Source of the DNA: an uncultured Acidobacteriota bacterium
Lineage (GTDB): Bacteria > Acidobacteriota > Vicinamibacteria > Vicinamibacterales > Fen-181
Assembly (NCBI GenBank): GCA_963783255.1
Contig: CAWAMP010000014.1
Location: 135,692 to 199,691, forward strand
Direction of reading: 5' to 3'
Length of the DNA: 64,000 bases
Part shown: positions 56,408 to 64,000 of the stretch, piece by piece
Layout of the letters: the number at the start of each line of letters is the position of its first letter
Numbering within the stretch: the first letter of the stretch is position 1
Notes under the pieces: model-generated
The model's input: the letters and a program-made list of their open reading frames with translations, nothing else
What the model was told of the DNA's origin: nothing
Database searches by the model: none
Position numbers and translations under genes: made by a program

Positions 56408-59347
56408 TCACTTCAGTGCCGCGTATTCCTTCTTGGCCTCGATGAGAATCGGTACGTCGGGGTCGGCGTCCTTCCAGAGCGCGAAGAAGTCCTCGTAGGC
56501 CTTCCGGCTCGCGCCCAGGTTTCCGGCAGCCGCGTATGCTCTCGCTAGGCCGACGTGCGCCAGCGGCCACTGCATGCCCGCGTTCGGGCGATGCGAGAGA
56601 ATCGTCTGGAACTCGTTGATGGCGTCGGTCGGCCGTCTGGCGGCGATCAGTGCGTACCCCCGCCAGTAAGGGGGCAGCATCTGATAGCGCGCTGCCTTCT
56701 CGTATACTGCCGCTGCCCGCAGCGTCTGCACCGCGTCTTCGGCCATTCCCCGCTGCAGTTGCAGCACCCCTTTCGCCAGAGCGGTAAACGGCGCGACGTC
56801 GAAGCCGAAGAAGTCGGCGACAGGCGGGTTGCTGACGAAGCGGGGGAGCAACCGCTCGAACCGCCGCTGGTCACCGGCGATGGCGTAGGTCATCAGGCAG
56901 TTGCTCGAGGCGTCCGGGAAGGAGGCCACCGTATCCGCAAGAGAGATTGCATTCGCCAGGTTGCCCACGCTTGCCGCCCTGAGTGAGACGCTCGCGCGAG
57001 CCACGGCCGCCTCCACGGGCGTGCGATTGCGCTCCGCGAGCGCGTCGGCGCGCTCGCTGAACCCCGCCGCATCCCGGAATCGTCCGTGCGCGGCCGCCAC
57101 GAATGCCTCGTAGCGCAGAAACACGCCTTCGGCCGGAGTGCCTCGGCTCCATTTCACTTCGCGCTGCATGGCGGCCGTGTCGTTTCGCAGGTACCCAAGC
57201 GCGTAAAGCGCGTTGTGCTGCCACGTCGCGTCGATCTTGCGGGCGAAGGAATCTCGGACCGCCCGATCTGCTTCGTCGAACCGGTTGGCCCTAATCGCGT
57301 GGAACGAGAGGTTGGAGAACTCGATCGACGTGGGATCGAGGCGTACCGCTTCGCGTGCCTCGACAACGGCCCTCTCGTAGTCGCCAACATCGGCTGCCAT
57401 GTTTCCGAGCGACGTGTAGGGGATGGAGTCACGCGGATACGTGGCTTTCCACGATTCACACGTCCGGGTTGCCTTCGTGAAGTCCTCGAGCACGTCCACG
57501 TAGTAGCCGCTTTCGATGTAGTAGCGCTCCGGCTCGGTGACCCGGTCCCGCAATTCGAAGGCGCGAGTTCTGGCGGCCTTGGCACGTTCCCAGCCAGCGG
57601 TGTCCTGGGCCGTATTCCCCAGGAACGCACCCAGTTGACCCCAGGCTCTCGCGAAGGTGGGATCTACCTCCACCGCACGCTCCAGCAGCGGAATCGCTTC
57701 CCGCTCCTTGCCGATGTCCCGCAGCGCCAGGGCCTGTCCCAGCAGTTTCAGCGCTTCCAGGTTCGACGTCGTCGCCCGGATCGGCACAGCGTACTTCTGG
57801 ATGGACGCGAGGGACTCGCCGAGTTCGTTCCGAAGGCCCGAGCTGATCTCGGCGAGCGCGTCGAGGATTCTCTCCCTGCTCGCCGCCGTGGCCTGCTCGG
57901 TGGCGAGCACCTCGCCCGAGACGCAATTGGTCGCAGTCAACGTGAGGGAATAGGTGGCGCCGAAGCTCGCGACCGAGCCGGCCAGCATCGCCTTCAGACC
58001 TTCCCGCTGGCAGACCTCCTGAGCCACGGCTGGCGTCAGGACGTCGGTCGGCTGCCGTTGCATCAGCACGAGCGTGCCGCGCGACCTGTCGCGAACGCGG
58101 CTCTCGGGAAAGATCTTCAGAAACGGCGACTGGGAGAGCTGAACCGAGAGCGCTTGCTTGAGACCGACGTCGAACGACGGATCGTCGGTGGTGTTCTGGA
58201 AGTCGGCGAGAACGACCGTGTCGCGCTCCGTCAGCGCCGGGGACCGATGGCCCCACAGCAGCACGCCCACGGCGACCGCTGCCGCCACCACAACGAGCAC
58301 GAGGACGGCAATGCCGAGACGCGACGTCGCCAGTCGGCGGACGCGATTGCCCACCGTCTCGCCGGAGGCGGCCGTCGTGGAGGAGCGCGCGGCGGGCGTT
58401 CCGCCCGACGGTGTCCGCTCCCCGGGCGATGACACGCCGTGGCCCGACGCCGCCTGGATCCGCGCCGAGCTGCTGTCGCGCTTGATCCGCTGCAACTCCG
58501 CTCGCAGGTCGCCGGCGCTCTGGTAGCGCAGGTCCCTGTCCTTCTCGAGCGCTCGCGAGATGACGCGGTCCAGCTCGGGAAGCGCGCGCCGGTTCACCTC
58601 CGTCACCGGCGGCGGCGAGGCGTGCAGGATCCCGTCGAAGATCGCGGCCGTCGTCTTTCCCGTGAAGGGCGGATGGCCGGTGGCCATCTCGTACAGCACG
58701 GCGCCGAACGAGAACAGGTCCGAACGGCGGTCGAGTTCGTCGCCGTACGCCTGCTCCGGCGACATGTAGGCGGTCGTCCCGACGACAAGACCCGGGCTGG
58801 TCAGGTGTTCCTCGGGCAGCCGGGTCTGACTCTCTCCCGAGCCGCCGGCCCCTTCTTCCGATCCCGCGCCGGCCGGCGCCGCCTTCATGGCGAGGCCGAA
58901 GTCCAGGACCTTGGCGTCGCCGCGCCTGGTGACGAAGATGTTCGCGGGCTTGATGTCGCGGTGGATGATGCCAGCCGCATGCGCGGCGTCCAGCGCGTCG
59001 GCCACCTGGATGCCGATGTCCAGCACGTGGTCGGCATCGATCGGCCGGCCGCCGATCTTCTGGCGCAGCGTCTGGCCGTCGAGCAGTTCCATCGCAATGA
59101 AGTGCTGGCGGTCCTGCTCGCCGATGTCGTAGATGGTGCAGATGTGGGGGTGGTTGAGCAAGGACGCGGCCCGCGCCTCGCGGCGGAGCCGCTCGATCGC
59201 CTGCGGGTCGCTGGTGAGGTGCGCCGGCAGCAGCTTGAGCGCCACGTGACGGCCGAGACGCGTGTCCTCGGCCTCGTACACCTCGCCCATGCCGCCGCCG
59301 CCGATCTTCCTGAGGATCCGGTAGTGCGACAGCGTCCGGTCGGTCAT
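56408..59347 (-). CDS. receptor Ser/Thr protein kinase with TM segment and large TPR-containing extracytoplasmic region
   Basis: Start taken at MTDRTLSHYRILRKIGGGGMGEVYEAED. HRDIKPANIFV, DFGLAM, YMSPEQ; TM IAVLVLVVVAAAVAVGVLLW; C-terminal helical repeats (...AIPLLERAVEVDPTFARAWGQLG...). Confidence 0.85.
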   Translation of the reverse strand: MTDRTLSHYRILRKIGGGGMGEVYEAEDTRLGRHVALKLLPAHLTSDPQAIERLRREARAASLLNHPHICTIYDIGEQDRQHFIAMELLDGQTLRQKIGGRPIDADHVLDIGIQVADALDAAHAAGIIHRDIKPANIFVTRRGDAKVLDFGLAMKAAPAGAGSEEGAGGSGESQTRLPEEHLTSPGLVVGTTAYMSPEQAYGDELDRRSDLFSFGAVLYEMATGHPPFTGKTTAAIFDGILHASPPPVTEVNRRALPELDRVISRALEKDRDLRYQSAGDLRAELQRIKRDSSSARIQAASGHGVSSPGERTPSGGTPAARSSTTAASGETVGNRVRRLATSRLGIAVLVLVVVAAAVAVGVLLWGHRSPALTERDTVVLADFQNTTDDPSFDVGLKQALSVQLSQSPFLKIFPESRVRDRSRGTLVLMQRQPTDVLTPAVAQEVCQREGLKAMLAGSVASFGATYSLTLTATNCVSGEVLATEQATAASRERILDALAEISSGLRNELGESLASIQKYAVPIRATTSNLEALKLLGQALALRDIGKEREAIPLLERAVEVDPTFARAWGQLGAFLGNTAQDTAGWERAKAARTRAFELRDRVTEPERYYIESGYYVDVLEDFTKATRTCESWKATYPRDSIPYTSLGNMAADVGDYERAVVEAREAVRLDPTSIEFSNLSFHAIRANRFDEADRAVRDSFARKIDATWQHNALYALGYLRNDTAAMQREVKWSRGTPAEGVFLRYEAFVAAAHGRFRDAAGFSERADALAERNRTPVEAAVARASVSLRAASVGNLANAISLADTVASFPDASSNCLMTYAIAGDQRRFERLLPRFVSNPPVADFFGFDVAPFTALAKGVLQLQRGMAEDAVQTLRAAAVYEKAARYQMLPPYWRGYALIAARRPTDAINEFQTILSHRPNAGMQWPLAHVGLARAYAAAGNLGASRKAYEDFFALWKDADPDVPILIEAKKEYAALK

Positions 59348-59652
59348 CGGCTGGCTCCGTCGTGACGTGCCAGGTTTCCGGGTGAACGCGACGTGGCGCC
59401 AGGCCCTGCCGTGGCAGCCGGATGTTACGCTCCACGCGCCCGGCAAGTCAAAACGCGCGGCACGTGGCGAGGAGGGCGACCCCTTTCGCAGCGCCAGCCG
59501 GTACGACGACGAGATGGTCGCGCCGTTCTGGAGCGGGCGCCGCTTGGCGTCACAGGTCGGGCGTCCAGAGGCAGGCACCCTGACGAGCATCGGCGCCTCG
59601 CGGCGAGCCGCAGCGACGCAGGCTCGCGTTGTCGCTCATGCGGGAGAGCCTC

Positions 59653-60429
59653 CTACTGCCTGACGGGAGGGCCCAGCGTGTCCCGATGCGTTGAGATCAG
59701 CGTTCTCATGTACGGGCCGACGCCGGCCGCGTCCGTGAAGCCGGCCTTGCGCGCGGCTTCGTCGTTCGTGTCCTTGGCGATGAGGTCGCTCTCGGCGTAC
59801 TGCGTCCAGTTGCGGTAGACGCCGAGCGTCACCACGTCCCAGTCGGCGCCGGCCTCGCGGACGAAGATCAACGTCTCGCCGCGGCCGCGGTTGCGGTTGA
59901 AGGCGTTCTCCATCCGCCGCTCCTCGATGAGCGCCTCGCGCCTGCCTGGCAGCGCCTGCATCATCTCGTAGTGGAGCAGGCCCATGTCCTTCACGTGGGC
60001 GTGGAGCGCATCCGCCGATGGCCCCCGCATGTAGAGGTCTTCGTGCCACGACACCAGCGGGTCGAGCTCGCGCTCCAGTTCGGCGAGCGTCCGTCCGGTT
60101 GCCCTGACGGCCGCTTCGCGTCTCGCCACGCGCGTCGCGCTGTAGTACGCCGCCCAGTCGTCCATCGGCCACAGCACCGCGAGGTCCCAGTGATCGCCCT
60201 GCGAGTGCCGCATGGTGACGGGCGCCGCCTCGCCGCCGGCGGCGGCGAGGGTGGCGTGCTTCTTCACCACGTCGATGAGGTCGAGGAGCCGGCCGGGTGC
60301 GGCCTGCAGCATCTGCAGGCGATAGAGCGTTTGGGGCGCCGCCGCCGCGCCGGACTGAGCGGCGGCAGGTCCGGCGGTGGCGATAAGGACGGCGGCGGTC
60401 AGCCCGAGGGTGGGAGGAAGTCTGCGCAT
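59653..60429 (-). CDS. secreted hypothetical protein with an internal two-fold repeat
   Basis: Signal peptide MRRLPPTLGLTAAVLIATAGPAAAQ. The two halves share a pattern (LYRLQMLQAAPGR ... HSQGDHWDLAVLWPMDDWAAYY versus LHYEMMQALPGRR ... REAGADWDVVTLGVYRNWTQY). Confidence 0.6.
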   Translation of the reverse strand: MRRLPPTLGLTAAVLIATAGPAAAQSGAAAAPQTLYRLQMLQAAPGRLLDLIDVVKKHATLAAAGGEAAPVTMRHSQGDHWDLAVLWPMDDWAAYYSATRVARREAAVRATGRTLAELERELDPLVSWHEDLYMRGPSADALHAHVKDMGLLHYEMMQALPGRREALIEERRMENAFNRNRGRGETLIFVREAGADWDVVTLGVYRNWTQYAESDLIAKDTNDEAARKAGFTDAAGVGPYMRTLISTHRDTLGPPVRQ

Positions 60430-60459
60430 ACCCGCATTATGCAGGAAGCGGCGCGGCGT

Positions 60460-61401
60460 CTACTGCTGGAAGCAGGCGCGGTAGCCGGTGCCGATGGCGC
60501 GCTGGGCGGCGACCGCCGCGTCGCTCGCGATCATCACGACGCCCGAGCGGACCAGGTCCACGTACTCCGACGGATTGCCGTCGGCGAGGAACACATCGTC
60601 CAGGCGCACGCCCGGCCGCCCGAGCGTGCCGAAGATCGGCTCGACGCCGGCACTTCTGAGCGCGGCGAACAGCGATGCCCGCGCGTCGCTCGTCCCCGTC
60701 CAGCCGAGCATGCGGTCGGGCGAGAAGGCCTGGCGAGCGGCCGCGAGATCCTCCGGTTTCGCCATCGTCACCGAGATCATCAACCGCGGGTCGAGCGCGT
60801 GGACCTTCTTCGCGTCGTCGAGCGTGTAGGTGACGATGAGCGCCCGGTGCTCCATGCCGGCCGCCTTGACGGCGTTCACGACGTCCTCGAATCGGGTGGT
60901 GCGCTTCACGTCCACCTCGAAGTAGGCGCCCGCCCGGCGGCCCCACGCGAGGACGTCAGGAAACTGCGGCACCCGCTCGTCGAGGACCGCGCCGTCCGGC
61001 CGCTTCAGCTTGAGCCCCTGGACCTCGGCCAGCGTCCGGCCGGTCGTCGGTCCACTGCCGGTGGTCGTACGGTCCAGCGTGTCGTCGTGCATCAGGACCA
61101 GTGCGCCGTCGCTCGTCGTGGCCACGTCGATCTCCAGGAAGGGTACGCCGGCCGCGAGGCTGGCGGTGAAGCTCGACATCGCGTTTTCGGCCGCCGACTG
61201 GTCGGGCTGCCCCCGATGCGCCGCGACGACGGCGAGGTTGTGCTGGCGAAGGCAGTCGAGCCTGGCGCCGAGATCGACGGACGGCGTCGTCTTCGGGGTG
61301 CAGCCGGCAAGCAGGCAGACGACGACCGCCGCCGTCAGGCCGCAAGCGAACCGGGAGGGTCCTGGCCGGCGATACCTTGCGGTCGACAAACGTGCAATCA
61401 T
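60460..61401 (-). CDS. glycerophosphodiester phosphodiesterase family lipoprotein
   Basis: Lipobox VVCLLAGC. GDPD motifs VVAAHRGQP ... ENAMSSF ... FLEIDVATTSDGALVLMHDDTLDRTT. Confidence 0.85.
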   Translation of the reverse strand: MIARLSTARYRRPGPSRFACGLTAAVVVCLLAGCTPKTTPSVDLGARLDCLRQHNLAVVAAHRGQPDQSAAENAMSSFTASLAAGVPFLEIDVATTSDGALVLMHDDTLDRTTTGSGPTTGRTLAEVQGLKLKRPDGAVLDERVPQFPDVLAWGRRAGAYFEVDVKRTTRFEDVVNAVKAAGMEHRALIVTYTLDDAKKVHALDPRLMISVTMAKPEDLAAARQAFSPDRMLGWTGTSDARASLFAALRSAGVEPIFGTLGRPGVRLDDVFLADGNPSEYVDLVRSGVVMIASDAAVAAQRAIGTGYRACFQQ

Positions 61402-61435
61402 CCGGACTCCCGTCTGGAAGCTACACAGGACCCCT

Positions 61436-62065
61436 TCAGAACGTCACGCGGGCGGAGACCAGGACGACGGGCTTGCTGTCGTCCGGGTTGAACAGGTAGC
61501 CCGCCAGGTCGAGCCACTTGTACGTGAAGCCCACGATGAGCCCGCGCTGGATGTCGCGCTCGGTCTGGTAGACGCGAGTGCGCTGGGCGGCGACGCCCAG
61601 GCGCAGACACTCTGCCGGCGCGTAGGTCAGCTCGGACCAGTTGTAGAAGAAGTTGTCCTCGGAGTTCGCGGCGTCGAACACGTACTCGCCCTCGCTCGAC
61701 AGCTCCAGCTTCCGCCATGCCAGCGAGCCCCTGTAGCCCGGCGCGACGCCGTCCGTGCTGCCGAACACGGCTCCAATCATCGGCGTCAGCGTCCACTCGA
61801 CGGTCCTTCCGCCTGCGAAGTTGACGCCGAACCACGCCGAACCCGCGTCGATCGCCTCGTAGTTGTAGCGGGCCTCCAGGTGCAGCCAGCCCCGGTCCGC
61901 CGTGGCCGTTGCGAGGACGAAGTCGTCGGTCTCCAACGCCGCCGGCAGGAAATAGACGATGCCCCCCGCAGAGAACTCCCACGCCTTCGCCTGGGCCGTC
62001 ACCTGGCCGGATGCCTGGCCGGCGCACAGAACCGCTGCCGCGAGTGCGAGAGCCGGCGTGCGCAT
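61436..62065 (-). CDS. small outer-membrane beta-barrel hypothetical protein
   Basis: GGAGGG, then the ATG at 62065. MRTPALALAAAVLCAGQASGQ signal peptide, alternating aromatic/hydrophilic strands, and C-terminal ...VLVSARVTF. Confidence 0.6.
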   Translation of the reverse strand: MRTPALALAAAVLCAGQASGQVTAQAKAWEFSAGGIVYFLPAALETDDFVLATATADRGWLHLEARYNYEAIDAGSAWFGVNFAGGRTVEWTLTPMIGAVFGSTDGVAPGYRGSLAWRKLELSSEGEYVFDAANSEDNFFYNWSELTYAPAECLRLGVAAQRTRVYQTERDIQRGLIVGFTYKWLDLAGYLFNPDDSKPVVLVSARVTF

Positions 62066-62070
62066 CGTCG

Positions 62071-62724
62071 TTACCCTCCGAGTGCAATGATGATTGCGAC
62101 CAGCGCCATCCCGATCGCCGCAATCGTCAGCCCGTATTTCCACGGGCGACCTCCCGAGTACTTTCCTAGCAGGGAGCCGTAGGCGTAGAGCGTGGCCACG
62201 GCAAGGCCGTTCGACACCCGCATCGCGACGTAGACGTTCTTGGTGAACACGAACGGGACGACCACCGGAAACGTCGCCAGGACGACGAGCGCAAACACGC
62301 CGGCCGCGGCCTTGAGGTCGCGCGCCGTCAATTGGACCGCAGCATCCGGCACGGCGACGAGGGCCTTGCGGATGGCCTCGAGCGTTCCCGCCTGAACGCC
62401 GCCGGCGAGCCGGTCCGGCAGCTCGTCGGCAATGAGGCGATGGGCGGCCTCGAGATCGGCGGTCTTTCGGAGGCGTCGCAGGAGGGTGGCCCTCCGGCTC
62501 TTCTCGGTGACGGCTCCGACGAGATACATCACGGCGTCGGTCAGGCCCCACGCGACATTGCACCCGAGGGCCGTCAGCAGCATCGTCCCGATCTCTTCGC
62601 GGCCCGCCGAGGCGGCGTTCAGCGAGCCCGTGAAGGTCATCGCCATCAGCACGCCGAAGATGGCTTCCGACGCCCGCTCGATCGGGTCGAGCACCTGCGC
62701 GCGTTCGGGTTCGTCCTCCGACAT
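62071..62724 (-). CDS. VIT1/CCC1-like membrane protein (tentative)
   Basis: The ATG at 62724 follows AAGGAAGG. MSEDEPERAQVLDPIERASEAIFGVLMAMTFTGSL ... followed by C-terminal hydrophobic helices. Family assignment is from memory of similar sequences and is not verified. Confidence 0.45.
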   Translation of the reverse strand: MSEDEPERAQVLDPIERASEAIFGVLMAMTFTGSLNAASAGREEIGTMLLTALGCNVAWGLTDAVMYLVGAVTEKSRRATLLRRLRKTADLEAAHRLIADELPDRLAGGVQAGTLEAIRKALVAVPDAAVQLTARDLKAAAGVFALVVLATFPVVVPFVFTKNVYVAMRVSNGLAVATLYAYGSLLGKYSGGRPWKYGLTIAAIGMALVAIIIALGG

Positions 62725-62759
62725 CCCTGCACCTTCCTTGCCGGCCGGCGCGCGGCCGT

Positions 62760-64000
62760 TCAGCGGAATCGCCACGTGATGAACGCCAGGCCGGCGGAGT
62801 TGCCCATCGCCACCACCGGCCGGGCATCCGTCTTGACGTTGCGCCAGCTGTCGAACGCGGCGTTGTTGGTGGCGAACACCTTGCTCGTGTTGGCGTCGAG
62901 CGCGACCCCGTTCCGGGCGAAGTAGGCCCCGACGGTGGACGCGAGCGCCGGGTCGACGAACTGGCCGAAATTGACGTCCCCGCGCCCGTCCGGCGTTTTG
63001 AAGTTCGTCGTGCGCACGTCGCCGTCGCCCATGTCGGTCAGCGGGTACTGCCACGCGGCGCCGATGATCAGGTTGTGGTATCCCGGAATCTCGGCCTGCA
63101 GGCCGAGGCGCACCTCGGTGATGTTCAGAACGCGCTCGACGCTGGTGCCGCTGCCCACGTAGCGCCCGTACGAGAGCTCACCGACGGCCCAGGCCTGCGC
63201 CGCACCCATCTTGAACACCGGCACGCGCGCACCACCGGTCAGCGAGAGCAGGTCGTGGAGCTTCAACGCCACCGTCTTGGGCTGACCCACGATGAACCCG
63301 GGCGTTCCCTCGCGCGACGAGTCGACGTACTGGATGCGCATCCCTCCCAGCTTGGGATCTCCCACGAACGTGTACCCGACGTTGCCCACGATCTGGGCCT
63401 TCTTGAGCACCTTCTCGACGGCCAGCTGGACGCTGGCATTGACGCCGCCAGGAACCCCGGCGAGCTTGGCCCAGTTCGCCGTGTTGCCCTCGGGGTCTTC
63501 GGTGGGGATGGCGACAGACCCGTGGACGGCAAGCCCGAGCGCGTCGCCCCTCCGCTCCGACAGCAGGTTCACCTTTCCGCCGACCGTCAGGTCGCCCGCC
63601 GACTGCGAGAATGCGCCCCACGACGGGGGGATGACGCGGACCGTCGGCACGTCGTACGTCTTGTAGGGAACCTCCTGCGGGAACAGGAAATACGGCTCCT
63701 GGCGGACCGCCGACGTCGGGTAGGTGTCGACGATGAGATCCAGCGGCGGGACCGGGTAGGCCAGCGGGTCCAGGTTGACGGCGTTCGTCCGCAGCGCGGG
63801 GACGTAGTCGACGAACGCCTCGATTCGCTTCGTGACGCCGATGGCGAACTGGAAGCTGAACTTCATGACATCGATGTCGCCCGGGTTCCGGTCGTTGTTC
63901 ATTTCGAGCGCGCCGACCGCCCACCTGCCCGGCTCCAGCGTGTCGGCGGTGACGCTCCGAATCAGGCCTGTCCCGCCGGCATACGAGAGGCCCTGCGCCG
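62760..64000 (-). CDS. outer-membrane beta-barrel protein, 5' end beyond the window
   Basis: The frame stays open upstream of the track Met (63902) to the right edge (...GTGLIRSVTADTLEPGRWAVGALEMNNDRNPG...). Beta-strand-like periodicity, C-terminal ...GLAFITWRFR. Confidence 0.6.
   Translation of the reverse strand, partial: AQGLSYAGGTGLIRSVTADTLEPGRWAVGALEMNNDRNPGDIDVMKFSFQFAIGVTKRIEAFVDYVPALRTNAVNLDPLAYPVPPLDLIVDTYPTSAVRQEPYFLFPQEVPYKTYDVPTVRVIPPSWGAFSQSAGDLTVGGKVNLLSERRGDALGLAVHGSVAIPTEDPEGNTANWAKLAGVPGGVNASVQLAVEKVLKKAQIVGNVGYTFVGDPKLGGMRIQYVDSSREGTPGFIVGQPKTVALKLHDLLSLTGGARVPVFKMGAAQAWAVGELSYGRYVGSGTSVERVLNITEVRLGLQAEIPGYHNLIIGAAWQYPLTDMGDGDVRTTNFKTPDGRGDVNFGQFVDPALASTVGAYFARNGVALDANTSKVFATNNAAFDSWRNVKTDARPVVAMGNSAGLAFITWRFR

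Overview
GC-rich chromosomal segment (G+C judged by eye at about two-thirds, not computed). It looks like Acidobacteriota: two tandem ADOP-type orphan FtsX/MacB permeases, three receptor-type Ser/Thr kinases and many S9 peptidases. I support about 50 protein genes. They include a complete sufBCDSU-sufT Fe-S operon, a four-gene minor-pilin operon (FimT/GspH-, PilV-, PilW- and PilX-like) and a pilT. There is a decahaem MtrA/DmsE-like cytochrome followed by an MtrB/PioB-like beta-barrel, forming a porin-cytochrome electron conduit. Other genes are glycogen phosphorylase, gamma-glutamyltransferase, a proline-racemase-family enzyme, adenosine deaminase, rubrerythrin, prolyl oligopeptidase, an M24 peptidase, a sodium:solute symporter and a GntR regulator. 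One IS110/IS1111-family insertion sequence is present. No rRNA, tRNA or CRISPR was found. Five observations go beyond gene calling. (1) The two-gene porin-cytochrome module. (2) Seven coding lesions in five genes; five of the six frameshifts are a single extra C next to GTAC, and the pilT amber codon sits in a CTAGG context. This points to systematic error or DNA modification rather than random decay. (3) A dispersed family of 7/8-nt tandem repeats built on a GAACT or GGCTC core that fills intergenic spacers, even inside the suf operon. (4) The IS sits in one of these arrays and its 3' non-coding arm carries short matches to its own target, as expected for a bridge-RNA-type guide. (5) Two copies of a ~270-bp nested-palindrome element and a 130-bp element with perfect 21-bp inverted ends. 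All homology statements come from motif recognition by eye; no database search was run.
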